This document shows positions 8,221-17,398 of a DNA stretch of 32,000 nt, piece after piece (position 1 is the first letter of the stretch; each line of letters opens with the position of its first letter). The stretch covers positions 270,001 to 302,000 of the forward strand of contig NC_010547.1 in NCBI RefSeq assembly GCF_000017845.1, given 5' to 3'. Under the pieces are notes generated by a model that searched no databases, was not told the DNA's origin, and worked only from the letters and a program-made list of their open reading frames with translations. Source of the DNA: Crocosphaera subtropica ATCC 51142. GTDB lineage: Bacteria; Cyanobacteriota; Cyanobacteriia; Cyanobacteriales; Microcystaceae. Both the position numbers and the translations under genes were made by a program.

Positions 8221-10273
8221 GTATTTATTTCTACTTTCAAAATCCTGTATTTTCTTGATCTACTTACTTAGCTTAGGATATTTTACCCCGTTTGTTACCG
8301 CTTATCCTTCAATTTCTGAAAATTTACGTCAATTTTACCTATACATTAACAATGGAGATTATAACCAAGCTGCAAAAACCATAGAAGAACTATCCGATTC
8401 ATCTATGAAATTAGCTCTGAGTGCAGACCTAGCTTACTATCAAGGGCAATATGATGAGGCAATTGCCTTATATGAAGAAGCTAGTCAGACTCTTGATTCT
8501 CAGAAAATTCTCTTAAATTGGAGCAAAGCATTATATCAACGGGGACGTTTTTACGAAAATTTAAACGTTGACGAGGGTAACTTTGATTTAATTCAACTGA
8601 GTGAAACCGATTTTTCTCTAGCGTCATCTAAAATAGCTCAATTACTAAACAACAATTCTTCTGATTACCTAGAAGCTCGGTTACTGGCAGCTAAACTTAA
8701 TAAAGATGATTTAACAGTAGACTTGGAAGCGATAGAGAAAGATATTTTATCCTTAGAAAACTCCAACAGAAAAATTCGTTTTTTACTAGACTTAGCTGAG
8801 ATATCTCCTAAATCTAAGATATGGAAACAAGCTTTTTCTCTGGCTATCCAATTAGATAATTTACAATATCAATCTTTAGCCCAAGGTAATTTGGGAGAGA
8901 ATTATTTACAAAAGAATGCTCCACAAGCTGCATTAAAGTCGGCATGGTTGGCTCAATTAGCAGCTTCGAGAATCCAGGATTGGCAATCTTTGATTCGATG
9001 GCATTATTTGGCGGCGAGATCCTTTCAGCAGTTAGAAGACCAGGATTCCGCTATTGCTCAATATAAATTAGCTGTTGCCACTATTAAAAAATTGAGACAA
9101 CAGTTAAGTGGGAACCCGATTTCTCCTCACTTATATTTCGATGTGGTTAAACCTGTTCTTAATGATTATTTACAGTTGCTTCTTTCTCTTTCTTCTCCTC
9201 CCTTAGAAGAAGTTATTTCTCTTCAGCAGTTAGATCAGTTAGGGCAATTAGATAATTATTTCCAAGTTATTTGTCAATTCGACCTTGACACTCCTCAGAA
9301 ATTAATAGAAAAGACAGAAGCTCGCATTTTTTTTGTTGAGCTTGATGAGTCTATTCATGCTATTTTGCAACTGTCCGACTCCTTACGACATTATCCATTA
9401 GCCATTGAGCCAGAGTTGTTACGATCGCAGGTCAGAGAGTGGAGAGTTGAGCTAATGAACGGAGATTTTGATTCGTCTTTTGAATTGAGTTCGATTCTGT
9501 ATAGAACAATTTTAGCTCCCTTAATGCCTATCTTAAAAGCTAATGACATTGAACATTTACAGTTAATCTCCAATGGCGTTCTCAGAACCATTCCAATAGC
9601 TGCCTTAAACGATGGGGAAAAATATTTAATAGAACATTTTGCCCTGAGTTATAGTTTAGGTCTTCGTAACAGAGTGTCTCCTTCGCTACAAAGAGATTTT
9701 TTACCCTTGATTGCCGGACTGACTCGCTCAACTCCTAATTTTCCAAACAAACTTGAATTTGCTCAAAGAGAAGCTCGTCAAGTGCAAACTTTACTAGGAG
9801 GAACCATTTTACTCAATGATGGGTTTTCTGCCGAGTCCCTGAAAACGCAATTACAAGATTCTCGTTACCAAATATTGCATTTAGCTACCCATGCTAGTTT
9901 CTCTTTTGTCCGTGAGCGAGCCTTTATTGAAACGGGAACTCAGACGATTTCTTTGAACCAGTTTGAGTCAATTCTCAAACAACGACGTTCTCCTCTACAA
10001 TTACTGGTTTTAAGTGCTTGTCAGACTGCCATAGGCGATCGCTATTCAGCGTTAGGTTTATTAGGAGTAGGATTAAGGAATAATATTGACGTTGTTGTAG
10101 GGTCATTCTGGGAAGTGGGGGATAGCAACACTTCTCAACAGATGAAGCAGTTTTATAAATTTTGGCAACAAGGATCTTCTTTGCCTGAAGCATTACGCCA
10201 AGTCCAATTAGGGTTAATTCGAGAAGGAGAACTTCCTGCTGATTGGGCTGGTTTTATTGTTGCTTTTAATTAG
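8219..10273 (+). CDS. TPR-repeat / CHAT-domain (caspase-like) protease, probably exported
   Basis: The hydrophobic N-terminus MYLFLLSKSCIFLIYLLSLGYF is followed by about 400 aa of TPR-like helical repeats. The C-terminal CHAT domain has a His/Cys dyad context: ILHLATHASF (His codon 9890-9892) and LLVLSACQTA (Cys codon 10019-10021). The track start at 8060 lies inside the DUF928 gene, so I use the ATG at 8219. Confidence 0.85.
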   Translation: MYLFLLSKSCIFLIYLLSLGYFTPFVTAYPSISENLRQFYLYINNGDYNQAAKTIEELSDSSMKLALSADLAYYQGQYDEAIALYEEASQTLDSQKILLNWSKALYQRGRFYENLNVDEGNFDLIQLSETDFSLASSKIAQLLNNNSSDYLEARLLAAKLNKDDLTVDLEAIEKDILSLENSNRKIRFLLDLAEISPKSKIWKQAFSLAIQLDNLQYQSLAQGNLGENYLQKNAPQAALKSAWLAQLAASRIQDWQSLIRWHYLAARSFQQLEDQDSAIAQYKLAVATIKKLRQQLSGNPISPHLYFDVVKPVLNDYLQLLLSLSSPPLEEVISLQQLDQLGQLDNYFQVICQFDLDTPQKLIEKTEARIFFVELDESIHAILQLSDSLRHYPLAIEPELLRSQVREWRVELMNGDFDSSFELSSILYRTILAPLMPILKANDIEHLQLISNGVLRTIPIAALNDGEKYLIEHFALSYSLGLRNRVSPSLQRDFLPLIAGLTRSTPNFPNKLEFAQREARQVQTLLGGTILLNDGFSAESLKTQLQDSRYQILHLATHASFSFVRERAFIETGTQTISLNQFESILKQRRSPLQLLVLSACQTAIGDRYSALGLLGVGLRNNIDVVVGSFWEVGDSNTSQQMKQFYKFWQQGSSLPEALRQVQLGLIREGELPADWAGFIVAFN

Positions 10274-10311
10274 GAATGGTAAAATTTCTCTTTAGGTGTG
10301 AAGAGTTGGTT

Positions 10312-11010
10312 ATGGATTTAGATTGTAAGTTAAAAAACTGGGAAAATTTTTGTCAGCATCAATTAGGTGATTGGTACGGGACTTGGAGGTTTTATTCAGG
10401 TAACGGAGAGTTTCTTAAATCTTTTCGATGTATTAGAAGTTTTCGCTCTTCTAATGATGAGCAAGTTCAACATCAAAACCATTATTTCTACGAAGATGGT
10501 CAAGAAAAAACGGAAACTTTTGGTCCTTATATTAAACCTGAAATGAGAGGAACTTACTTGAAAAATAGTTTCTCTTGGGGAGTCAAACATCTGAGGGATA
10601 ATTTCTTTTTTGAAACCGGCTTTAGCCATGAAAATAAACGAGCCAGTTTGGTAGCTATCTATGAAAATAGAGTATTGAGACAAGTGATCGCTATTGTGGA
10701 AAATAAGGATGAATTTAAGGAGTCTCTCCCCTTGGAAATGCCTTCAAAATTAGAAGGGAAAAGTCAATCTATCACTACTGATTTAGTTATATCAGAAGAA
10801 AAAAGGCAGGTTTGGCATCCTTTATCTGATAATCTGACTTTATCTTTTCAGGGTAATCTTTTTTTGACTTGTCCTCAAGAACTCACCTCTGATTCCTTTA
10901 ACTTAACCGTAGATTGGTTAGCGATGCCTAGTTTACTCTATCGAGGCATCCGTTCGTTTGATGCTTCCCAATTTAAGGAATTTACTTTACAAACTTTTAC
11001 GACTTTTTAA
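10312..11010 (+). CDS. DUF3598-like protein
   Basis: The N-terminus KLKNWENFCQHQLGDWYGTWRFYSGNGEF ... VQHQNHYFYEDGQ matches the remembered DUF3598 opening (W..F....G.W.GsF ... H.N.Y). There is no signal peptide. An alternative ATG lies at 10276. Confidence 0.55.
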   Translation: MDLDCKLKNWENFCQHQLGDWYGTWRFYSGNGEFLKSFRCIRSFRSSNDEQVQHQNHYFYEDGQEKTETFGPYIKPEMRGTYLKNSFSWGVKHLRDNFFFETGFSHENKRASLVAIYENRVLRQVIAIVENKDEFKESLPLEMPSKLEGKSQSITTDLVISEEKRQVWHPLSDNLTLSFQGNLFLTCPQELTSDSFNLTVDWLAMPSLLYRGIRSFDASQFKEFTLQTFTTF

Positions 11011-11013
11011 GGA

Positions 11014-13722
11014 ATGAAACAAGCTAGAAACGCTTTTCTTATAACAGTTAGTATCTTAATCTCTTCTACTTCTATAGAAGCTCAAATCGTTCCTGATGCT
11101 TCTTTATCTAATCCTTCCACGGTGTCTTCTCAAGATAAACTGATGATTATTGAAGGTGGCACACAGCAAGGAAATAATTTATTCCATAGTTTTGAGCAAT
11201 TTTCAGTGCCAAGTGGCTTTGAGGTGTTGTTTAATAATCGATCTGCCATTCAAAATATTTTTACTAGGGTAACAGGGGCGAATTTATCATTAATCGATGG
11301 ATTAATTAGAGCTAATGGAACAGCCAATTTATTTTTGATTAATCCCAATGGCATTCAATTGGGAACGAATGCCTCTTTAGATGTTGGTGGTTCTTTTATT
11401 ATTAGTACCGCCAATAGTATTAGATTTGCAGATGGCTATGAATTTAGTGCCAGTAACCCTGATTCATTATTAAGTGTCAGTGTCCCTATCGGTTTAACGT
11501 TGAACAATCCTGGTTCAATTAAAATGCGAGGCATCGGACATAATTTAGGTGGGCTAACGAATCCTTTTGTTCCTGTGATCAAAGATCCTGTTCCCTCCGG
11601 CTTAGCTACAAAACCAGGGAATACTTTAGCTTTAATTGGAGGTGAAGTTTATTTAGATGGGGGTGTTCTCAGCGCCGACTCTGGGCAAATTGAAGTGGGT
11701 GGTGTCGCTAGTGGCTTTGTGAAAATCGAACAGAGCGCACAGGGGTGGACTTTTAATTACCAAGCTATTTCTAATTACAATGACATACAAGTCGCGAATA
11801 AATCTTTATTAGATGCTAGTGGGGCTAGTCGTGGATCTATCCAAGTACAAGGTAAAAATATTAGTCTCAAAGATGGCTCGATGTTTTTGATCCAAAATCA
11901 AGGGGAGCAATCTTCTAGTCTGATTAAGATCGTGGCTTCGGAAGCGTTATCCTTAAGTGGAGAAATTGATAATAGATTTTCTTCGACTATTATTAGTGAA
12001 ACCTTCAGTTCAGGAGACGGACCAGATATTACCATTCGAGCCAAGGATATAACGATTCGAGACGGTGGCACTATCAGACCTAAAAGCTATTCTCAAGGTC
12101 GCAGTGGGGATCTCAATATTACCGCAGCCAACTCTCTCAATGTTATTGGAGTAGCCCCTCGTAGCCCCCGTGCAGCCAGTAGTGCTAATACTAGCAATAC
12201 TAATCTAGGCAGTTCAGGGAACACTATAATTATTGCACCTCAATTGAATCTTCGAGATGCGGGATTTGTTGGTAGTGTCTCCTTAGGCCGAGGGGATGCT
12301 GGAACAGTTAAAGTAGAGAGCGATACCATTCATATCCAGGGTGGTAGTTCTGTCCAATCAGAAAGTTCTATCTCTGCAACCAGTTTTTCTCAAGGCAATG
12401 CAGGAACTATTGAGATTAAAACCAAACGTCTGTTTTTAGAAGATGATGCTAATGTTAACGCTGCGACTCTGGGATTTGGGGCCGCCGGAACTATTGAGAT
12501 TCAAGCTGACGAATTAATTGAAATCAAGCCGAATAGTGGCATCATTGCTTCGGTTGTTAATTCCACTGTGGGGGGAGAGCAAGATATTTTCGGTACTCCT
12601 ATAGAATCTACAGGCTCTTCAGGTAATATTTCAATTGAGACTCAATTTCTGAAAATTACCGGAGATAATAGTCAAATTGGTGTCTCTAACCAAGGGTTAG
12701 AAGAAAATGCAGGGCTTCTTACCATTAATGCTGAGTCCATTATTCTCGAAAATCGCGCTAGGCTTAATGCTGATGCTCAGTTTGGGGTCGGAGGGAATAT
12801 TTTTGTTAACACTAAAGATTTTTTAATTACAGAAAAAAGCCGTGTATCTGCTACCTCTGTGGGGGTAGGAAATGGAGGCAATATTCTTATCGACGCTGAC
12901 AATTTGTCTATGTTTGAAGATGGGATTATTACGGCTGAAACCATTGAAGGTTCTGGGGGTAATATCAATTTAGAAGGTGGCACTGTTTTACTACAGTTTG
13001 GGGAAATAAAAGCTTCAACCAAAACAGGAAGTGGTGGAAATATTAGCACCAATTTACAACAATTAAGGGTCGAAAATGATAGTCTCATTGAAGCTTCTGT
13101 AGAAGATTCAGGAATAGGAGGAACTCTAAATATTGTTGCGAATGTCATTTCCCTCAATAATGACAGCCAAATCAAGGCCACCAGTCAATCTGGGTCTGGA
13201 GGGAATATTAATTTTCAAACCTCTACCTTAAAGCTATTAGATAATAGTCAGGTGACTACATCCGCTCAAGATGGGGATGGCGGTAATATTAATTTCACCA
13301 GTGACTTTTTATTCCTGTTAGATAATACTAAAGTTATTGCTAATGCCTTTACAGGAAATGGAGGCAATATAACCATTACCGCCCAAGAAATTTTTAGATC
13401 CCCTGAAAATATCATTTCCGCTTCTTCTGAATTAGGTATCGATGGAACGGTGAGAATTAATACCACTCCTTTTGAAGTGAACCCTCAACCTTTAAAAATT
13501 TCTTTAAGGGAGTCTGAAGACGAAACTAATCCCTTTGAAGTTTGTAATCAAGTCAATACCCGTTTTTCAGTACAAGGCTCTGGAGGCTCATTACCTTCTC
13601 CTTCCTCTCAACTAGAAACTTATACCGTTGAGGATTTAATTCCTTACGGCCAAGCAGTTAGTCTTCAACAAAATGATCAAGGAGACTGGGAGTTATTAAG
13701 CTGTAATGACTTGAAACAGTAG
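11014..13722 (+). CDS. Filamentous-haemagglutinin-like exoprotein (TpsA) with an N-terminal TPS secretion domain
   Basis: A signal peptide is followed by a TPS domain: GNNLFHSFEQFSV, NIFTRVTG, ANLFLINPNGI (NPNG at 11341-11352). The body is a long beta-helix with recurring G(S/N/D)GGNI(N/S/T) units at roughly nt 12780-13390. The C-terminus contains a Cys pair. Confidence 0.9.
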   Translation: MKQARNAFLITVSILISSTSIEAQIVPDASLSNPSTVSSQDKLMIIEGGTQQGNNLFHSFEQFSVPSGFEVLFNNRSAIQNIFTRVTGANLSLIDGLIRANGTANLFLINPNGIQLGTNASLDVGGSFIISTANSIRFADGYEFSASNPDSLLSVSVPIGLTLNNPGSIKMRGIGHNLGGLTNPFVPVIKDPVPSGLATKPGNTLALIGGEVYLDGGVLSADSGQIEVGGVASGFVKIEQSAQGWTFNYQAISNYNDIQVANKSLLDASGASRGSIQVQGKNISLKDGSMFLIQNQGEQSSSLIKIVASEALSLSGEIDNRFSSTIISETFSSGDGPDITIRAKDITIRDGGTIRPKSYSQGRSGDLNITAANSLNVIGVAPRSPRAASSANTSNTNLGSSGNTIIIAPQLNLRDAGFVGSVSLGRGDAGTVKVESDTIHIQGGSSVQSESSISATSFSQGNAGTIEIKTKRLFLEDDANVNAATLGFGAAGTIEIQADELIEIKPNSGIIASVVNSTVGGEQDIFGTPIESTGSSGNISIETQFLKITGDNSQIGVSNQGLEENAGLLTINAESIILENRARLNADAQFGVGGNIFVNTKDFLITEKSRVSATSVGVGNGGNILIDADNLSMFEDGIITAETIEGSGGNINLEGGTVLLQFGEIKASTKTGSGGNISTNLQQLRVENDSLIEASVEDSGIGGTLNIVANVISLNNDSQIKATSQSGSGGNINFQTSTLKLLDNSQVTTSAQDGDGGNINFTSDFLFLLDNTKVIANAFTGNGGNITITAQEIFRSPENIISASSELGIDGTVRINTTPFEVNPQPLKISLRESEDETNPFEVCNQVNTRFSVQGSGGSLPSPSSQLETYTVEDLIPYGQAVSLQQNDQGDWELLSCNDLKQ

Positions 13723-13779
13723 CTTTGCTCCGACATCCTTATCCAATAGCGTTGGGGTGGGACTTCTTGCCCCTCTCAG

Positions 13780-15090
13780 CTAAAATTTTAAGACTCCTTC
13801 GACAGAAAACGTTACTTCATTTAATTGATTAGTATCTGTCGGAGCAACAGCATTAAGCGGCGCACCTACATCTAATCCTACTCGTAGAGAATTCCACTCA
13901 AATCTTAGCCCAACTCCTGTGCTAACCAATGTTCTTGTGGGTAATATATCTTCTAATGATCCCCACACCTGACCATAATCAACGAATCCTAAAACTTGGA
14001 GTGCAGTAGATTCTTGTTGTAATAGAGAATATCTGAGTTCTAAGGTTCCAGCAATGCAATTATCATCGCTCACAAAGTTGGTTCCGTATCCTCGAACTGT
14101 ATTGCCAAAAATAAAAACGTTCCCATTTTTCCCTCCTAATGCACATCTTTCACCTCCAGGTTGCCGATGAGGGGATAAGTGAAGGGCAAATCGTCCGTAT
14201 AACTGTAAATGATCTGTAAGAGCTTTGATGACTTGCCCTTGAGCTTTCCAACTAAAAAAAGTGGGATCAATCTCTTCAGAGGAACCTCCTATGGAAAAAG
14301 TTGATGAGCCGAAAATAACTTGTCCAGGAATGATCTCAGAATATGTCGCTCCTATTCGCCCTACTGTAAGTTGGGGGTCTGAAAATAGTCGCCTGTTTAA
14401 TACTCTTCCCCTACTTTCTCTACGTTCGAGTTTGAAGTCTATGGTCAGGGAACGATTAGCAGTTTTTATCAAATACTGATTATAACCAACAGAGGCGGTA
14501 AAAGCTTCATTTTTTACGTTGAAGGGTTCTAAATTTCCCTCTACGATCTCTGAATCGCTTTCTTGATAAGCAAATTCTAAACTGCTATCATTCGGAGCAA
14601 ATTCATGTCGGTACACAGCTAAAAACCTTTGTAGCCCCTCTGTTTCTTTATATAAGAATCTGACACTGTCTCCATGCCAAATGTTTTGATTTAATAGTTC
14701 AACTTCAACCCCATCATCTCCAATTAGAGGATTTTCAAAATTATTAATCGTCGTCCTTATCTGCCATGAAGGCGATTCTAGGACGTTTACCGTCAGGATA
14801 CTTTGTCCTATTCGACCTGTTTGTGATAGATTTGCATCTATTTCCGATAATTTCGGATTTTGAGACAGAATTTTTAGTCTCTCTAAAAGAATATTTTGAT
14901 TAAAAGGCGGACCGAGAAACGGCTTGATTCTAGCTGCTACATATTGTTTGAGGTTTTCAGTCCCCTTGATTTCCAGTTGGACTTCTCCTTCAATCGCCTT
15001 ATAATAAACAACCCCTTGAGTAATCTTTTGAGATTCTAACAAGACTATTGAGTTAACATATCCTGCATCAACATAGGCTTGAGTTAACAA
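13780..15090 (-). CDS. ShlB/FhaC/HecB-family TpsB outer-membrane transporter, 5'-truncated (probable pseudogene)
   Basis: The ORF begins at a TTG inside POTRA1 (LTQAYVDAGYVNSIVLLESQKITQGVVYYKAIEGEV) and continues through POTRA2 and the beta-barrel, ending in F. The signal peptide, N-terminal helix and most of POTRA1 are missing. An in-frame stop lies at 15124-15126, and no frame is open in 15125-15275. Confidence 0.75.
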   Translation of the reverse strand: MLTQAYVDAGYVNSIVLLESQKITQGVVYYKAIEGEVQLEIKGTENLKQYVAARIKPFLGPPFNQNILLERLKILSQNPKLSEIDANLSQTGRIGQSILTVNVLESPSWQIRTTINNFENPLIGDDGVEVELLNQNIWHGDSVRFLYKETEGLQRFLAVYRHEFAPNDSSLEFAYQESDSEIVEGNLEPFNVKNEAFTASVGYNQYLIKTANRSLTIDFKLERRESRGRVLNRRLFSDPQLTVGRIGATYSEIIPGQVIFGSSTFSIGGSSEEIDPTFFSWKAQGQVIKALTDHLQLYGRFALHLSPHRQPGGERCALGGKNGNVFIFGNTVRGYGTNFVSDDNCIAGTLELRYSLLQQESTALQVLGFVDYGQVWGSLEDILPTRTLVSTGVGLRFEWNSLRVGLDVGAPLNAVAPTDTNQLNEVTFSVEGVLKF

Positions 15091-15133
15091 TTCTTGGATA
15101 GATACAGTATGTATGACACCTCTTTAGTCAATT

Positions 15134-15166
15134 TTCTCGAAATATTGATAAGTTATTCTCGAAATA
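15134..15166 (+). promoter_or_regulatory. Direct 11-nt repeat upstream of the 15330 gene
   Basis: ttctcgaaata occurs at 15134-15144 and again at 15156-15166, giving 22-nt periodicity. It lies in the non-coding junction next to the truncated tpsB. Confidence 0.25.
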
Positions 15167-15329
15167 AAACTAAAGATATCTTCAATTAAGCTCTCGCTCT
15201 AAGTAAGTTAAATTCGTTTTTTTCAGGAGAGTTGGGAGATAAGTTACTCAATAACCCCTGAAACTCTCAAAAAAATTGACTAAGTGTAAAGAAATTCACA
15301 AGAATATACCAATATCACCCGTTTTTAAC

Positions 15330-16514
15330 ATGGTTGCTACTGTTTCCTCCCCAACAACAAGTGCCTTTCCTAAGTTTACCCCTCCAACTGCCATAGTAGA
15401 GCGATCGCTTTGGGACATCGTTAGTCAAGCTGCTGCGTTCTCTCAGCAAAAAGAGATGCTAACGAAAGAACAATGGCACGACTTGACCTTGCAATACAAG
15501 CGCACTTTTGTAAACAATATGCTTAAGTTGTGGCGATGGTGGCAAGACTTATCCCAGGAATTACGCGATCGCTTATTGTCTATCCCGTGCAAGTATGTGC
15601 CGTTCAATGGCATCATGCAAGTGGTGAAAATTCCGACGAATTGTTTAGAGACGTTCCTAAGAACTTGCGAGGAACGAATGACTGAATATCTCGATCCCAA
15701 TTCATGGTCAAAGTTAGCTCAAATGTTTATTCCGAAACCGAAAAAACGTCGTTTAAGCTTGGGTGAAGTAGCTACTGAAGAACATTGGGTGCTGGTAGCT
15801 AAAAAATTCCAGCTAGATCGCGATGCTTTAACTCGTTTGAAAGGTCTTGTTAGTGAGCAACCAACAACCGATGAAATTATCCAGGTTTGTTCACAAGAAG
15901 GTTTCGATATTTCTAAACTACTATCCAAAAAAGATAGAGAAGATTGGAAATCTCAAGTCTCACAACAGGAATTAAAACAGGAAAACGCTCGTATTTCTCA
16001 AAATTATCAACTGTTACAAGAAGAGAATAGTAGCTTACTTGAGGCCAATTATCGACTTGAACAACAAGTAAAAGTTTTACAAAAACGCTTGAATACCACT
16101 AATTTAGACATAGCGGTGGTGAAAACTGATGTTAAGCAACAGTCTTTTTCTAATAATTCTAATAAACAAGAATCCAAGGAAGTCAAAAAAGTTTCTGAAC
16201 CTTCTTTAGTTGAAGAGCAAAAAGATAACATATCTACTGACATCGCCACTCAGCACAAAGAGCAAAGCCGAGAATTAATAGAATATGATGATGAAAGTCA
16301 AGTCAATAATGACGAAATTTTAGTAACGGATGAAAAGAGGGAAACTCAATATAATGGGGAGATAGCAATTCCTATCAAGTCATCTACACTGACAAGTGTT
16401 GAACAACCAACAGTCTCTAATCATCACCCCATTGATTTAGTTAACAAGAATTCTAAAAAATCTTCACAAAGAACTAAAAATAAAGGATTCGGACAATACA
16501 CTAAACCAAAATAA
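15330..16514 (+). CDS. Hypothetical protein with a central coiled coil and a low-complexity acidic/basic tail
   Basis: This is a long ORF containing two HIP1 sites. It has a heptad-like region (QQELKQENARISQNYQLLQEENSSLLEANYRLEQQVKVLQKRL). I recognise no family. I prefer the ATG at 15330 over the TTG at 15276. Confidence 0.5.
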   Translation: MVATVSSPTTSAFPKFTPPTAIVERSLWDIVSQAAAFSQQKEMLTKEQWHDLTLQYKRTFVNNMLKLWRWWQDLSQELRDRLLSIPCKYVPFNGIMQVVKIPTNCLETFLRTCEERMTEYLDPNSWSKLAQMFIPKPKKRRLSLGEVATEEHWVLVAKKFQLDRDALTRLKGLVSEQPTTDEIIQVCSQEGFDISKLLSKKDREDWKSQVSQQELKQENARISQNYQLLQEENSSLLEANYRLEQQVKVLQKRLNTTNLDIAVVKTDVKQQSFSNNSNKQESKEVKKVSEPSLVEEQKDNISTDIATQHKEQSRELIEYDDESQVNNDEILVTDEKRETQYNGEIAIPIKSSTLTSVEQPTVSNHHPIDLVNKNSKKSSQRTKNKGFGQYTKPK

Positions 16515-16534
16515 TTCACGATTAGATAAATAAA

Positions 16535-16819
16535 ATGTCAATTAAAAACATAAATCCTTTAAATAGAATCTCGGTTTTAGGATTCGGATTGGTCATGTTT
16601 TCATTAGGAGTCTGGTTGCCTTCAGATATTCCGAGAAAAATTCAACAAGAAAGGGCTAAAATTATCTTTTGGCTCGGAACTGCCACTATCATTATCGGTG
16701 GAGGAATCGATTATTATTACCGTCGACAAAATGAAAAATTACTCTCAAAAGTTCAAGAAAATTTAGAATTTTGGAAATCTCTAGAACAAGAAGTTTACCA
16801 TAATCACAATCAAAACTAA
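16535..16819 (+). CDS. Small membrane protein (2 predicted TM helices)
   Basis: The hydrophobic segments are VLGFGLVMFSLGVWL and IIFWLGTATIIIGGGI. It follows the previous gene closely on the same strand. Confidence 0.45.
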   Translation: MSIKNINPLNRISVLGFGLVMFSLGVWLPSDIPRKIQQERAKIIFWLGTATIIIGGGIDYYYRRQNEKLLSKVQENLEFWKSLEQEVYHNHNQN

Positions 16820-16862
16820 TTTTTTCGTTCAGCTAGTTTGTTTACACACATTTATTAAAACT

Positions 16863-17090
16863 ATGGATAATCAAGATAATGAACTAAAAGTGACTTCCCG
16901 ATTTTCTGGCGAAGTAGCAGAAAATCTTAGAGAACTTAAAGAAATAGGAAATTTTCAATCTCTTAATGCCGCAGTACAACATATAGTAGGAACTTATGTT
17001 TCGTCAGTAGTGAAAGGAATAAAAAGTTCTCAACAAAATGTAGAACTTAGTATTGATAGTTATTTTTTGCATGGAGGTGGCAAAAATTGA
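16863..17090 (+). CDS. Hypothetical small protein, possibly ribbon-helix-helix
   Basis: LKVTSRFSGEVAENLRELKEIGNFQSLNAAVQHIV fits a strand-helix-helix pattern. This is a weak call. Confidence 0.35.
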   Translation: MDNQDNELKVTSRFSGEVAENLRELKEIGNFQSLNAAVQHIVGTYVSSVVKGIKSSQQNVELSIDSYFLHGGGKN

Positions 17091-17299
17091 GACTTTTACT
17101 ATTTTTTCCCTTTAATTTCATCTTTGTTTTTTCGTTGATTGTAGGACTTCATTTTTCTAAGAACTACTCAGATCAGATAAAAGCAAAAGTTCAGTTTATG
17201 AGTCTACATCCTGATTTGATTACTCAAATTAATAATCAAGATCCTCATAGATGTAATTGTCCTATGTGTAGTCTTAAGACTCAAAACATGGTAAGTTAA
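17087..17299 (+). CDS. Hypothetical small membrane protein
   Basis: The TTG start overlaps the previous stop. It has an N-terminal TM segment (LLLFFPFNFIFVFSLIVGL) and a C-terminal CxCPxC. Confidence 0.3.
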   Translation: MRLLLFFPFNFIFVFSLIVGLHFSKNYSDQIKAKVQFMSLHPDLITQINNQDPHRCNCPMCSLKTQNMVS

Positions 17300-17337
17300 T
17301 CTTAGGTGAATGAAATTCTTAAACCCTTTTTCTTTTT

Positions 17338-17370
17338 GCTCCTGTTGTTCAACGGGAGCTTTAATTTTTA
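17338..17370 (+). terminator. Rho-independent terminator
   Basis: gctcctg (17338-17344) pairs with cgggagc (17353-17359), including one G-U pair, around an 8-nt loop. The tail tttaattttta follows. Confidence 0.5.
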
Positions 17371-17398
17371 TGTTTAATTTGAGTTTAAGTACCTACTT

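Noticed and set aside
12777-13466. Antisense ORFs (12777..13181 and 13266..13466) with PP-rich repeats
   Set aside because: They are mirror images of the GGNI beta-helix repeats of the TpsA gene and have no independent start or RBS context.
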